Part shown: piece by piece, positions 29,007-38,652 of the stretch
How the letters are laid out: each line of letters begins with the position of its first letter
Position numbering within the stretch: position 1 is the stretch's first letter
From: Nitrospirota bacterium
Lineage (GTDB): Bacteria > Nitrospirota > UBA9217
DNA: 64,000 nt
Direction: 5' to 3'
Assembly (NCBI GenBank): GCA_035623825.1
Contig: DASPSR010000007.1
Coordinates: 160,001 to 224,000, forward strand
The notes under the pieces: model-generated
Seen by the model: the letters and a program-made list of their open reading frames with translations, nothing else
Database searches by the model: none
Told to the model about the DNA's origin: nothing
Translations under genes and position numbers: made by a program

Positions 29007-31792
29007 TGGATTACAAGACGACGCTCAATCTTCCCAAAACGGATTTCCCCATGAAGGCCAACCTCAAGGACCTCGAGCCCAGGGTCATCGAGAAATGGCA
29101 ACAGGAGAAGGTCTACGATCTCATTCAGAAGCAGGGTGAGGGCCGGAAGAGCTACATCCTGCACGACGGGCCGCCATATGCGAACGGCCACATTCACATC
29201 GGTCATGCGCTGAACAAGATCCTGAAGGACATCATTGTGAAGTACAAGTGCCTGCAGGGGTTCTCATCTCCTTACGTCCCCGGTTGGGACTGTCATGGAC
29301 TCCCTATCGAGCACCAAGTGATGAAGAACCTGGGGCCGAAGAAGGACGCCGTGAACCAGGTCGAGATCAGGAAACTCTGCCGCGACTACGCCGAGAAGTT
29401 CATCAACGTGCAGCGCGACGAGTTCAAGCGGCTCGGCGTGTTCGGCGACTGGGACAACCCCTATCTCACCATGAACAACGCCTACGAGGCGGCGATCGTT
29501 CGGGAACTCGGCAAGTTCGTGGGGGCCGGCGCTGTATATAAAGGGAAGAAGCCGGTTTACTGGTGCGGTTCCGACGAAACGGCGCTCGCCGAGGCAGAAG
29601 TGGAGTACGCTGACCACGAATCTCCCTCAATCTACGTGCGATTTCCGCTGCCTGACGCGGCAAAGGTGCTCCCCCCCCTCGCGGGAAAGAACGTCTCCAT
29701 CGTGATCTGGACTACCACACCTTGGACGCTTGTGTCGAACCTTGCCGTGGCTCTCCATCCCGAGTTCGATTATATCGCCGCTGATATTGGTTCCGGTTCG
29801 GTCCTGATCGTTGCCGAAGCGCTCCTTGCTCAGTCCATGCAGAAGTTTGGCATAAAAGATTATCAGGTTCTTCAGAAGTTTAAAGGCAGAAAGCTCGAAG
29901 GCCTCAAAGCGCGTCATCCCTTCCTTGATCGGGATTCCCTTGTTATCCTTGGCGAGCACGTGACCCTCGATGCAGGCACCGGGGCCGTGCACACGGCTCC
30001 GGGCCACGGCCAGGAGGACTATGAGATTGGGCTCAAATACGGCCTCGACATCTTTGCCCCTGTTGACCGGAAGGCTCGGTTTACGAAAGAAGCGGGTCAG
30101 TTTGCGGGCGAGCAGGTGTTCAAGGCGAACAAGGGGATCATCAGCCTTCTGCGAGAGAAACATGCCCTCCTTGCCGAAGAAAAGATTTCACATTCCTACC
30201 CGCATTGCTGGCGGTGCAAGAATCCCGTGATCTTCCGCGCGACCGAACAGTGGTTCATCTCCATGAAGACAAACAACCTGTTGAGGAAAACGGTCGAGAA
30301 TGTTCACACCGTGACATGGGTCCCAGCGTGGGGAAAGGACCGGTTCCTGAGCATGATCGAGAACCGGCCCGATTGGTGCATCTCGCGCCAGCGGGCATGG
30401 GGAGTGTCTATTGTTGCGTTCACGTGCAAGGACTGCGGCGGACTGCTCTTGGACGAGGCAATCATCGACCATGTGGCTTCGATTGTCGAGCAGGAAGGGG
30501 CCGACGTCTGGTTCACCAGGTCGGCCGAAGAACTGCTGCCTGCGGATGCCATGTGCAAGAAGTGCGGGAAAAAGAATTTTGCCAAGGAGATGGATATTCT
30601 CGACGTATGGTTCGATTCGGGCGTGAGCCACGCCGCGGTGCTCAAGCATCGCCGTGAACTGAACTGGCCGGCCGATATGTATCTCGAGGGGAGCGACCAG
30701 CATCGCGGATGGTTTCAGTCCTCGCTCCTCGCGTCAGTGGGCACTACGGGCCAGGCGCCATACCGCACCGTGCTGACGCACGGGTTCACCGTCGACGGAT
30801 CGGGTAAAAAGATGAGCAAGTCTGCCGGGAACGTGGTCGCACCACAGGAAGTTATCGACAAGTATGGAGCGGAGGTATTGAGGCTCTGGGTCTCTGCGGC
30901 GGACTACCGCGATGATATCAGAATCTCGCAGGAAATCCTCACGCATCTTGCCGAGGCGTACCGAAGGATCAGGAACACAAGCCGCTACCTCCTCGGCAAT
31001 CTCTCGGACTTCGATCCCGAAGAGGACGCAGTCGTGCACAAGGATCTCCTGGAGATCGATTGCTGGGCGCTTCACCGTTTGCAAAAGCTGATCCGGCGCG
31101 TCGAGAAGGCGTATGATGATTTTGAGTTCCACGTTGTGTTCCATTCCCTGCACAATTTCTGTGCTGTGGACATGAGCGCATTCTACCTTGACATCCTTAA
31201 GGACCGCCTCTATACAACGAAGACCGCGTCGCGCGAGCGGCGCTCTGGCCAGACAGTCATGCACGCTATACTCTCGGCCATGGTCCGACTCATGGCGCCG
31301 GTGCTGTCGTTCACCGCCGACGAAGTATGGGGCTACATGAAAGATGCTTCAAAGAAAGAGAGCGTTTTCCTCACGTCCTTCCCCAAAGCAGAAGTGAACT
31401 ATATCGATGAGGCACTCGAAGCGCGGTGGGATAAGATCATCGCGGTGCGCAGCGAAGTGGCGAAAGTGCTCGAAGCACTCCGACGGGACAAGGTAATCGG
31501 CCATTCGCTCGATGCCGGAGTCGCATTCTATGCCGGGCCCGAGCTCTCTGATTTCCTGAACTGTTACCGTAACGACCTTCCGTTCATCTTAATCGTTTCA
31601 TCCGTCACGATCGCAAAAGAGTCCGATGCGCCGGCAAATGCTTATACGAGCGACGTCATCAAGGGGCTCAAAATTACTGCCGGCCCGGCAAAGGGCGCAA
31701 AGTGCGGCCGCTGCTGGATGTATCAGGAAAGTGTCGGCACAGTGAAAGGGCATCCGCAGCTCTGCAGCAGGTGCGCCGGGAATCTGGTCTAG
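29006..31792 (+). CDS. ileS: Isoleucyl-tRNA synthetase (type 1)
   Basis: GPPYANGHIHIGH, WTTTPWT, KMSKS, and a C-terminal Zn finger CGRCW..CSRC. Confidence 0.97.
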   Translation: MDYKTTLNLPKTDFPMKANLKDLEPRVIEKWQQEKVYDLIQKQGEGRKSYILHDGPPYANGHIHIGHALNKILKDIIVKYKCLQGFSSPYVPGWDCHGLPIEHQVMKNLGPKKDAVNQVEIRKLCRDYAEKFINVQRDEFKRLGVFGDWDNPYLTMNNAYEAAIVRELGKFVGAGAVYKGKKPVYWCGSDETALAEAEVEYADHESPSIYVRFPLPDAAKVLPPLAGKNVSIVIWTTTPWTLVSNLAVALHPEFDYIAADIGSGSVLIVAEALLAQSMQKFGIKDYQVLQKFKGRKLEGLKARHPFLDRDSLVILGEHVTLDAGTGAVHTAPGHGQEDYEIGLKYGLDIFAPVDRKARFTKEAGQFAGEQVFKANKGIISLLREKHALLAEEKISHSYPHCWRCKNPVIFRATEQWFISMKTNNLLRKTVENVHTVTWVPAWGKDRFLSMIENRPDWCISRQRAWGVSIVAFTCKDCGGLLLDEAIIDHVASIVEQEGADVWFTRSAEELLPADAMCKKCGKKNFAKEMDILDVWFDSGVSHAAVLKHRRELNWPADMYLEGSDQHRGWFQSSLLASVGTTGQAPYRTVLTHGFTVDGSGKKMSKSAGNVVAPQEVIDKYGAEVLRLWVSAADYRDDIRISQEILTHLAEAYRRIRNTSRYLLGNLSDFDPEEDAVVHKDLLEIDCWALHRLQKLIRRVEKAYDDFEFHVVFHSLHNFCAVDMSAFYLDILKDRLYTTKTASRERRSGQTVMHAILSAMVRLMAPVLSFTADEVWGYMKDASKKESVFLTSFPKAEVNYIDEALEARWDKIIAVRSEVAKVLEALRRDKVIGHSLDAGVAFYAGPELSDFLNCYRNDLPFILIVSSVTIAKESDAPANAYTSDVIKGLKITAGPAKGAKCGRCWMYQESVGTVKGHPQLCSRCAGNLV

Positions 31793-31864
31793 GATAGTCG
31801 CTAAGACAAGGCGCGACGAAGAAAAAAATTGAGTCTCAGGGCCTTAGTGGCTGGAAAAGGTTTT

Positions 31865-32341
31865 ATGAAGAACAAATACCTGTGGGTCGGCCTGATCGTA
31901 GCCATTGTCCTGATCCTGGACCAGTGGACAAAGCATCTTGTCGATGTGCATCTCCGCAGACACGAGGTCATAACGGTCATCCCGGGTTTTTTCAACCTCA
32001 CGAACGTACGGAATCCGGGGGCGGCGTTCGGAATCTTCTCGGACGTGCACAGCAGATGGCGGAGCCTGTTCTTCATCGTGATTACGCTCGTGGCTGTGAT
32101 TGTGATCGCCGCACTGATACGGAAGTCCCATGAGCGCTTGCTCGTGTTCGCTTTTTCGCTCATCGCGGGTGGGGCGATAGGGAATGTGATCGATCGCGTG
32201 CGGTATGGGGAGGTGGTCGATTTCATCCAGTGGTACGTTAAGTCGTACTACTGGCCTTCGTTCAACGTGGCGGACTCCGCCATCTCCATTGGTGTGACGC
32301 TGTTGGCAATCGATATGCTGATCAGAAAGCCACAGAGGTAG
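31865..32341 (+). CDS. lspA: Lipoprotein signal peptidase II
   Basis: DQWTK, NPGAAFG, GNVIDR..VVDF, FNVADS. Confidence 0.95.
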   Translation: MKNKYLWVGLIVAIVLILDQWTKHLVDVHLRRHEVITVIPGFFNLTNVRNPGAAFGIFSDVHSRWRSLFFIVITLVAVIVIAALIRKSHERLLVFAFSLIAGGAIGNVIDRVRYGEVVDFIQWYVKSYYWPSFNVADSAISIGVTLLAIDMLIRKPQR

Positions 32342-32441
32342 TCATGTAAATACCAAAGCTGAAGATTCTGATCAGGCCACATGTCAGAGGATCGAAATTT
32401 AAACGCTGACCGTCATAATTGAACATTCCAAAAGAGTCAAT

Positions 32442-33248
32442 ATGCATCCCATACTGTTCGAAATACCGAAAATCACTTTCGGCCCCTGGGTCATCGGTCC
32501 TATCCCGATCAGGATGTATGGCCTCATGATTGGCATCGGTTTTCTCCTCGGCATCTGGCTTGCGTCGCGACGGGCGGAGAAGGAGGGCGTTAAGCCTGAT
32601 CTTATCCTCGACATGGGTGTCTATCTGCTTCTGGCGGCCATCATCGGTTCTCGTGTGCTCTATGTGCTGACGACCCTGCAAGAATTCACGAGGAACCCCC
32701 TGGATGTGTTCGCAATCTGGAAGGGTGGTCTGGTGTTTTACGGCGGGTTGCTCGCGGCCGTGCCAGTTGGCATCTGGTATGTGAAGAAGCACAGCCTGCC
32801 GGTCTGGAAGACGGCGGACATCATGGCGCCATACATCGCGCTCGGGCACGCTTTCGGCAGGCTCGGCTGTTTCTTTGCCGGCTGCTGCTACGGTGCGCCC
32901 TGCAGCGGCTTTGTCTGCATCACGTTCAATGACCCTCATTCGCTCGCGCCCCTCGGCGTTCCGCTGTTCCCCACCCAACTCATGGAGTCGGGCGGGGAGT
33001 TCATTATTTTTGGGGCCCTTATCTTCCTCCGGCGGCATAAAACGTTCGATGGCCAGTTGTTCTGGCTCTACCCGCTCTTCTATTCTGTTCTCCGGTTTGC
33101 GGTCGAATTCTTCCGTGGTGATGCAGCGCGGGGCCTCTACTTCAGCGGCTTGGTTTCGACCTCCCAGATCATCGCGGTCTTCATGTTCGGATTTTCGTTA
33201 TTTATGTTCTGGAGACTCGGCAAAGAACGGGCGGCCAATGTCAGATAG
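32442..33248 (+). CDS. lgt: Prolipoprotein diacylglyceryl transferase
   Basis: IRMYG, GGLVFYGG, GRLGCFFAGCCYG, PTQL, VEFFR. Confidence 0.95.
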   Translation: MHPILFEIPKITFGPWVIGPIPIRMYGLMIGIGFLLGIWLASRRAEKEGVKPDLILDMGVYLLLAAIIGSRVLYVLTTLQEFTRNPLDVFAIWKGGLVFYGGLLAAVPVGIWYVKKHSLPVWKTADIMAPYIALGHAFGRLGCFFAGCCYGAPCSGFVCITFNDPHSLAPLGVPLFPTQLMESGGEFIIFGALIFLRRHKTFDGQLFWLYPLFYSVLRFAVEFFRGDAARGLYFSGLVSTSQIIAVFMFGFSLFMFWRLGKERAANVR

Positions 33249-33319
33249 CGCTGCCTAGGGTTCAAATAAGACCAAGGCCCGAATATAAGAGACGCACTTG
33301 ATGTTTTGTCATCCATCCC

Positions 33320-34264
33320 ATGCTCACGACAACCCTCACAGTCACCGAAAAACATATTGGCAAACGCTTCGATATCTTCATCGCACACTATGAGCCGAAC
33401 ATCTCCCGCAGCCGCATCCAGGCCATGATCAAAGAAGGCCTTGCACGCGTAAACGGCAGGATCGAAAAGCCGGGGTATAAGGTAAAGCTCAATGAGACAG
33501 TTGCCCTCGAACTGCCGGAGAAGAAGGTGCTGGAAGTGCTGCCGGAGCCTATCCCGCTGTACGTCATCTATGAAGACCCCCACATTATTGTGCTAAATAA
33601 ACCACCTGGCCTCGTGGTGCATCCGGCACCAGGCAACTACACGGGCACACTCGTGAACGCCCTCCTGTTCCACTACGGGAGCCTTCCCGCTTCCGGCCCC
33701 GGCATTCGGGGAATCGAGCGGGAGCGTGCTGGCATAGTTCACAGACTGGACAAGGACACTTCAGGAGTCATGGTGGTGGCGAGGACGCAGGAGGCTCTCC
33801 ACTCTCTTTCGGCCCAGTTCAAGAACCGTACAGTGCAAAAGCACTATCTGGCCCTGGTCTCTGGCGTAATCAAGAAAGGCTCAGGAGCGATCGAGGCCGG
33901 CCTTGGCCGGCACGTGAAGGAGCGGAAGAAGATCAGTGTGACCACTCATCGGCCGCGAGAGGCCATCACGCTCTACACGGTCAAGGAGCGGTTTGGGAAC
34001 GCGACCCTCGTCGCGGTTGAAATCAAGACCGGCCGCACGCACCAGATTCGCGTGCACATGGCTCACATCGGTCATCCCGTCCTAGGTGACAGGGTGTACG
34101 GCGGCGCTAAAGCCGCGAAAATCGGCGAATTCCCGATATCGCGCCAGATGCTCCACGCCGAATCGTTATCCGTACTCCATCCTGAAACAGGCCATCCTAT
34201 GACTTTTACAGTCCCGCCTCCCGCTGATATGGCAAGCATTATCGAAAAATTGCGCAAGAAGTGA
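33320..34264 (+). CDS. rluD: RluA/RluD-family pseudouridine synthase
   Basis: S4 domain, NKPPGLVVHP, HRLDKDTSG, TGRTHQIRVH, QMLHA. Confidence 0.9.
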   Translation: MLTTTLTVTEKHIGKRFDIFIAHYEPNISRSRIQAMIKEGLARVNGRIEKPGYKVKLNETVALELPEKKVLEVLPEPIPLYVIYEDPHIIVLNKPPGLVVHPAPGNYTGTLVNALLFHYGSLPASGPGIRGIERERAGIVHRLDKDTSGVMVVARTQEALHSLSAQFKNRTVQKHYLALVSGVIKKGSGAIEAGLGRHVKERKKISVTTHRPREAITLYTVKERFGNATLVAVEIKTGRTHQIRVHMAHIGHPVLGDRVYGGAKAAKIGEFPISRQMLHAESLSVLHPETGHPMTFTVPPPADMASIIEKLRKK

Positions 34265-34395
34265 TTGTTTTGTGGTGTTTGACTTTGCCATAAGGCTCAA
34301 ATTGACCTTAAATTTTCCTGCCTGGATGCTATAGTTTTTCACAAGTTGTTCGATAAGGTTATTGAGGTCTGTCGTGTTGTGTGGAGATAGAGATT

Positions 34396-35388
34396 ATGCA
34401 ACAAAAATTCTTTTCCTCTCGATTATTCCTAATGATTTCAATGTTCGTGGGCATGAGTATTTTACAGTGGAGCAGCTTCAGCGATGGCCAGGATAAAGCA
34501 GCATTGCAAGAACAGGATGAGGTATTGACCATTGTGAAATACGGGTCCGTGATGGTAAAAAGCTCGATTCCGGATGCAAAGGTCTTTGTTGACGATGTTT
34601 ACAAAGGGGTGGCTGAGAACATCATAGAAAGCGTGGTCGCAGGAGAACATATCGTTTCCTGCCGTGCAGGGAGCAAAACAGTTTCAGGAGTGTTTAACGT
34701 GAAAAAGAACGATATGTTGCGGCTCGAAGCTCGTTTTGATGAGGGCAGGCTTGTCATCACACCGGTGGTGGCAGAGAAGGTTGAGGTAGAAAAACCCGAA
34801 CCCGAAAAAAAGAAGAAACCCGAGCCGATCAAGCATGAAAAACCGAAAAAACCCGCACCGGTAGTTGAGGCGAAGCGGGAGGAGCCGAAAGATCCACAGG
34901 CAGAACGGCGTAAACTGCACCTGACCCCCATGAAAATCTTGTTTGAGATCACACCATCCCAAGAGGTCCGAATCGATCATAGGGCAAACCAAGCGACGAT
35001 CAGCAAATATACGGAGAACAAAACGCTGATCGGGAGATATTACAGGACGAAGCAGAATGTGCTGCTGTGCGACGCGGGCCCCTGCGAAATGGGCTGGTCA
35101 GTCAGTTTCCTCTACGCGAGCGAAGCTGGGAAAAGCGATGCTTTTCTCCTGTCCTGGAAGGAGATCGTCTTTAACGGCATTACTCCCATTGGGACGAGTA
35201 AGCGGGTGCTGGAGTGGTGCTTGGACGGTATATGCAGGAAGCTTGAAGATACCAGTACCGTCGATACGGAACAGAATCTGGAAATGGAGACGTATAAGCT
35301 GATCTGGACAAAGACATCGGTGACTATCAGGCGTACGGACATCATGAACGAGATAGCCGCCGCAGGTAAATCGCTTTCTGATTATTGA
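34396..35388 (+). CDS. Exported PEGA-domain-like hypothetical protein
   Basis: N-terminal hydrophobic segment, GSVMVKSSIPDAKVFVDD..G (PEGA-like), and a Lys/Glu/Pro linker. Confidence 0.6.
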   Translation: MQQKFFSSRLFLMISMFVGMSILQWSSFSDGQDKAALQEQDEVLTIVKYGSVMVKSSIPDAKVFVDDVYKGVAENIIESVVAGEHIVSCRAGSKTVSGVFNVKKNDMLRLEARFDEGRLVITPVVAEKVEVEKPEPEKKKKPEPIKHEKPKKPAPVVEAKREEPKDPQAERRKLHLTPMKILFEITPSQEVRIDHRANQATISKYTENKTLIGRYYRTKQNVLLCDAGPCEMGWSVSFLYASEAGKSDAFLLSWKEIVFNGITPIGTSKRVLEWCLDGICRKLEDTSTVDTEQNLEMETYKLIWTKTSVTIRRTDIMNEIAAAGKSLSDY

Positions 35389-35416
35389 TGAGAGATGCCT
35401 GCGAGCAACGCACGGG

Positions 35417-35450
35417 AATCCCCCTCCGCATTTACGCGAGAGGGGGATTT
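35417..35450. terminator. Hairpin between convergent genes
   Basis: AATCCCCCTC...GAGGGGGATT. Confidence 0.55.
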
Positions 35451-35463
35451 TGTTTCCAGGCTT

Positions 35464-36525
35464 TCATTGATCGGCAGGAGCCGACAGTGCAGCCCTCAGC
35501 TGGCCGCAGGCGGCGTTAATATCCTGTCCCCGGCTGTTTCGGACCACGGTGATGCACCCGTGGTTGAGAAGGAAGTCCCTGAAGGCGTATACCTGCTTCT
35601 CATCCGGACGCACGAACGCGCTCCCCGGGAAGGGGTTGAACATCAGGAGGTTGATCATGCACGGAAGACCCCTGAGAAGGGCCGCGAGCCGCTTCGCGTC
35701 TTCGAAGGAATCGTTAATGCCCTTGAGCAGCACATATTCGATTGTTATGGTGTTGCCTGTTGTCCTGCAGTAATGATGCAGGGCCTGCATCAGCCTCTCG
35801 ATCGGATAGGTTCTGTTCACCGGCATGAGGCGATCCCGCTGTTCGTCTGTGGTTGCGTTAAGCGATACGGCGAGGCTTGCATCCATTTCTTTATCCTCGG
35901 CCATCCGCTCTATCATCGGAGCAAGGCCGCAGGTGGAAATCGTCACCTTTTTATTCGGGAATCCCATCCCGTTCCGGTCGGTGGCAATCAAAATAAAAGA
36001 TTTGACAGCATCGTAGTTGCTGAGCGGCTCACCGGTTCCCATAAGGACGATATTCGTTATGGGGACGTTTGCGATTCTGTGAGCTGCGAAGACCTGGTTC
36101 ACGATCTCCGCAGGAGTGAGGTTCCGCACCAGTCCGCTTGAACCGGTGCGGCAGAAGCCGCAGCCAGATGCGCAGCCCGCCTGGGTAGAAGCGCATAGTG
36201 TGAGCCTGCCTGGTCCAGGTATGAGGACGCCCTCAATTGTATTCCCGTCAGAGAGACGATAGAGGAGCTTTTCGGTGCCGTCCCGTGATGCGCTCCTCTG
36301 CTCGACCGTCAGCCTGGAGAGGGTGCCATACTTCTTGAGCTGCTCCCGGAACGGCTTGTTCAGATCGGCCATAAAATCGAAGTCCTCGACCTTCCTCCGG
36401 TACATCCAAATTGCTACACGAAGTCCCTGTCCCGGCCTCTGTCCCATTCTGTCGCTACAGAGGCTGTCTATCTCGTTCGGGGTTAGCCCCTTCAGGTCTA
36501 TGGTATCATCAAGTGCCTTTTTCAT
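35464..36525 (-). CDS. rlmN: RlmN-family radical SAM rRNA/tRNA methyltransferase
   Basis: LCASTQAGCASGCGFCRTG, MGTGEP, ISTCG, SLNA, DINAACGQL. Confidence 0.9.
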   Translation of the reverse strand: MKKALDDTIDLKGLTPNEIDSLCSDRMGQRPGQGLRVAIWMYRRKVEDFDFMADLNKPFREQLKKYGTLSRLTVEQRSASRDGTEKLLYRLSDGNTIEGVLIPGPGRLTLCASTQAGCASGCGFCRTGSSGLVRNLTPAEIVNQVFAAHRIANVPITNIVLMGTGEPLSNYDAVKSFILIATDRNGMGFPNKKVTISTCGLAPMIERMAEDKEMDASLAVSLNATTDEQRDRLMPVNRTYPIERLMQALHHYCRTTGNTITIEYVLLKGINDSFEDAKRLAALLRGLPCMINLLMFNPFPGSAFVRPDEKQVYAFRDFLLNHGCITVVRNSRGQDINAACGQLRAALSAPADQ

Positions 36526-36708
36526 GATTTGTAAACTTCGAAGTACGAAGAGGATCATCGGATAGACCCGCAGTTATTACGTCTCGGTGTCTTTCGCTGT
36601 CTTCGTGATGTATGCTGTCTTAAATTTTAATCCGGACGCTAAAACAATGCAAGATGATTGTGTGGAAATGAATTGACAGACTTGCAGCTAACATGATAAG
36701 AATTATCC

Positions 36709-37152
36709 ATGAAGGCACTGCTTCAAAGAGTTTCTGAGGCAAGGGTCACGATAAACGATGAGACCGTGGGGAATATAAGTAAAGGCCTCCTCGTGTTCCT
36801 CTGCGCGGTAAGAGGAGATGTGGACAAAGATCTCAACTATATCGTCAAGAAAGTCGCACAGCTCAGGATATTCGCAGACGACCAGGGCAAGATGAACCTC
36901 TCGGTCACGGAGATCGAGGGAGAAGTCCTTGTGATTTCGCAGTTCACCCTTGCCGCATCCAGCCGCAAAGGAAACCGTCCATCCTTCGATGCCGCGGAGG
37001 TCCCCGACCGGGCACGGGCTATATACGACACATTCGTTATGAAGCTTCGAGAGACCGGGCTTTCCGTCAAGACGGGGGTGTTTGCGGAGTCAATGTCAGT
37101 GTCGCTGACTAACGACGGGCCTGTCACCATACTCATTGACTCACGAGAATGA
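36709..37152 (+). CDS. dtd: D-aminoacyl-tRNA deacylase
   Basis: LLQRV, LRIF, SQFTL, GNRPSF, NDGPVT. Confidence 0.96.
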   Translation: MKALLQRVSEARVTINDETVGNISKGLLVFLCAVRGDVDKDLNYIVKKVAQLRIFADDQGKMNLSVTEIEGEVLVISQFTLAASSRKGNRPSFDAAEVPDRARAIYDTFVMKLRETGLSVKTGVFAESMSVSLTNDGPVTILIDSRE

Positions 37153-37155
37153 TCG

Positions 37156-38067
37156 ATGAACGATCAGAAAGAAGGATCCGATCGAGCGCGTATGCGACTC
37201 TCAGCGAATAAGATTCCCCATTTCCTGCTTTTTCTGCTCTTCCTGCTTGTCTCGGGATGCAGCTCTCTCTTTTTTTATCCTCAAAAGCAGCTTCACGATA
37301 ATCCTGTAGCCCAGCTCTTCTTTCCCGAGGACATTTATTTCAAAACTCCCGACGGGCTCACTCTGCACGGATGGTTCTTCCATGCAGCAAAGCCGGATGC
37401 TCGTGCGACCATCATGGTTCTTCACGGCAACGCGGAGAACCTGAGTACGCATGTGAACGGCGTCCTGTGGCTTGTCAAGGAAGGATTCAATCTGTTCATC
37501 TTTGACTACCGCGGGTATGGAATGTCACAGGGAAAGCCTAGTATCAAGGGCGTTCACGTGGATGCCGAAGCGGCGCTTAAGACGCTTCTTTCCCTTCCCG
37601 ACATGGACAAGGAACAGATCATAGTCCTCGGCCAGAGCATCGGCGGCGCCATTGCGGTCTATACCGTGGCCAACACTCCATATAAAGACAGGATTTCTGT
37701 CCTGGTGATTGACAGCGCTTTTTCCAGTTATCGCCTCATCGCACGCGAAAAGCTTGCTCAGGTCTTCATCACCTGGCCCTTTCAGTATCCGCTGTCGCTT
37801 TTCTTCAACGACGATTACAGTCCCGTAAAGTGCATCAAGAGGGTCTCTCCGGTGCCCCTTCTCATAATTCACGGCGAACAGGATCCTGTAGTTCCAGAAC
37901 ATCACGGCCAAATGCTGTATGACGCGGCGTTACAACCAAAGGCTTTCTGGAAGACCACAGTCCCGGGGCATATCAGATCGTTTGCCGACGAAGGGGTACG
38001 GGAAAGGCTTGTAGGCTATCTTAATGAGCAGGTCAAGAAAGATGTGATCAGCGTCACCGAGAAATGA
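37156..38067 (+). CDS. Alpha/beta hydrolase lipoprotein
   Basis: Lipobox VSGC, HGNAEN, DYRGYG, GQSIGG, HGEQD..VP, GH. Confidence 0.85.
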   Translation: MNDQKEGSDRARMRLSANKIPHFLLFLLFLLVSGCSSLFFYPQKQLHDNPVAQLFFPEDIYFKTPDGLTLHGWFFHAAKPDARATIMVLHGNAENLSTHVNGVLWLVKEGFNLFIFDYRGYGMSQGKPSIKGVHVDAEAALKTLLSLPDMDKEQIIVLGQSIGGAIAVYTVANTPYKDRISVLVIDSAFSSYRLIAREKLAQVFITWPFQYPLSLFFNDDYSPVKCIKRVSPVPLLIIHGEQDPVVPEHHGQMLYDAALQPKAFWKTTVPGHIRSFADEGVRERLVGYLNEQVKKDVISVTEK

Positions 38068-38158
38068 ACCAGCAGCGCATGGCTTTTTGGTTGACAAAAA
38101 TAAAAAAGTACGCTTTAATGGTTACCATCGTATCAAAATTTCAATTAAGGAGGACTTT

Positions 38159-38650
38159 ATGAAGAAGCTGTTCGCAGTTGCTGTATTATCCATTATGGTT
38201 GTTTTTGTAGTCAGTTCGGCTTTTGCTGCTTCTGCAACCGGCACGGCGCGGTCAAACGTAGGTTGCGGCCTGGGTACCATGCTCTTCCAGAACAATGCCG
38301 ACCAGTCATCTTTGCTCCAGGCATTTCAGGCAACAACAAACGGCACCGTGGGCAGCCAGACCTTCGGCGTCACCTCGGGCACATCGGAGTGTAAACAGCC
38401 TACCAAGTTTGTGAGCAATGAACGCCTGAACGAATTTGTTGTCGCCAACATGGATAACCTGGCAAAAGACATTGCCAGAGGCAATGGCGAGACTCTCGAG
38501 GCATTTGCAGATTTGATGCAGGTTCCCGCCGAGCAGCGCCCCGAGTTCTATCAGAAGCTTCAGGTCAGCTTCGCCAAGATCTTCACCTCCGAGAGTGTTG
38601 TTCTTGCCAATGTCGTAGATAACGTGGCAGATGTCTCTTCCACGAAGTAA
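38159..38650 (+). CDS. DUF3015 family exported protein
   Basis: Signal peptide, GCGLG, ATTNGT..QTFGVTSGTSEC, NMDNLAKDIARGNGETL. Confidence 0.85.
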   Translation: MKKLFAVAVLSIMVVFVVSSAFAASATGTARSNVGCGLGTMLFQNNADQSSLLQAFQATTNGTVGSQTFGVTSGTSECKQPTKFVSNERLNEFVVANMDNLAKDIARGNGETLEAFADLMQVPAEQRPEFYQKLQVSFAKIFTSESVVLANVVDNVADVSSTK

Positions 38651-38652
38651 TC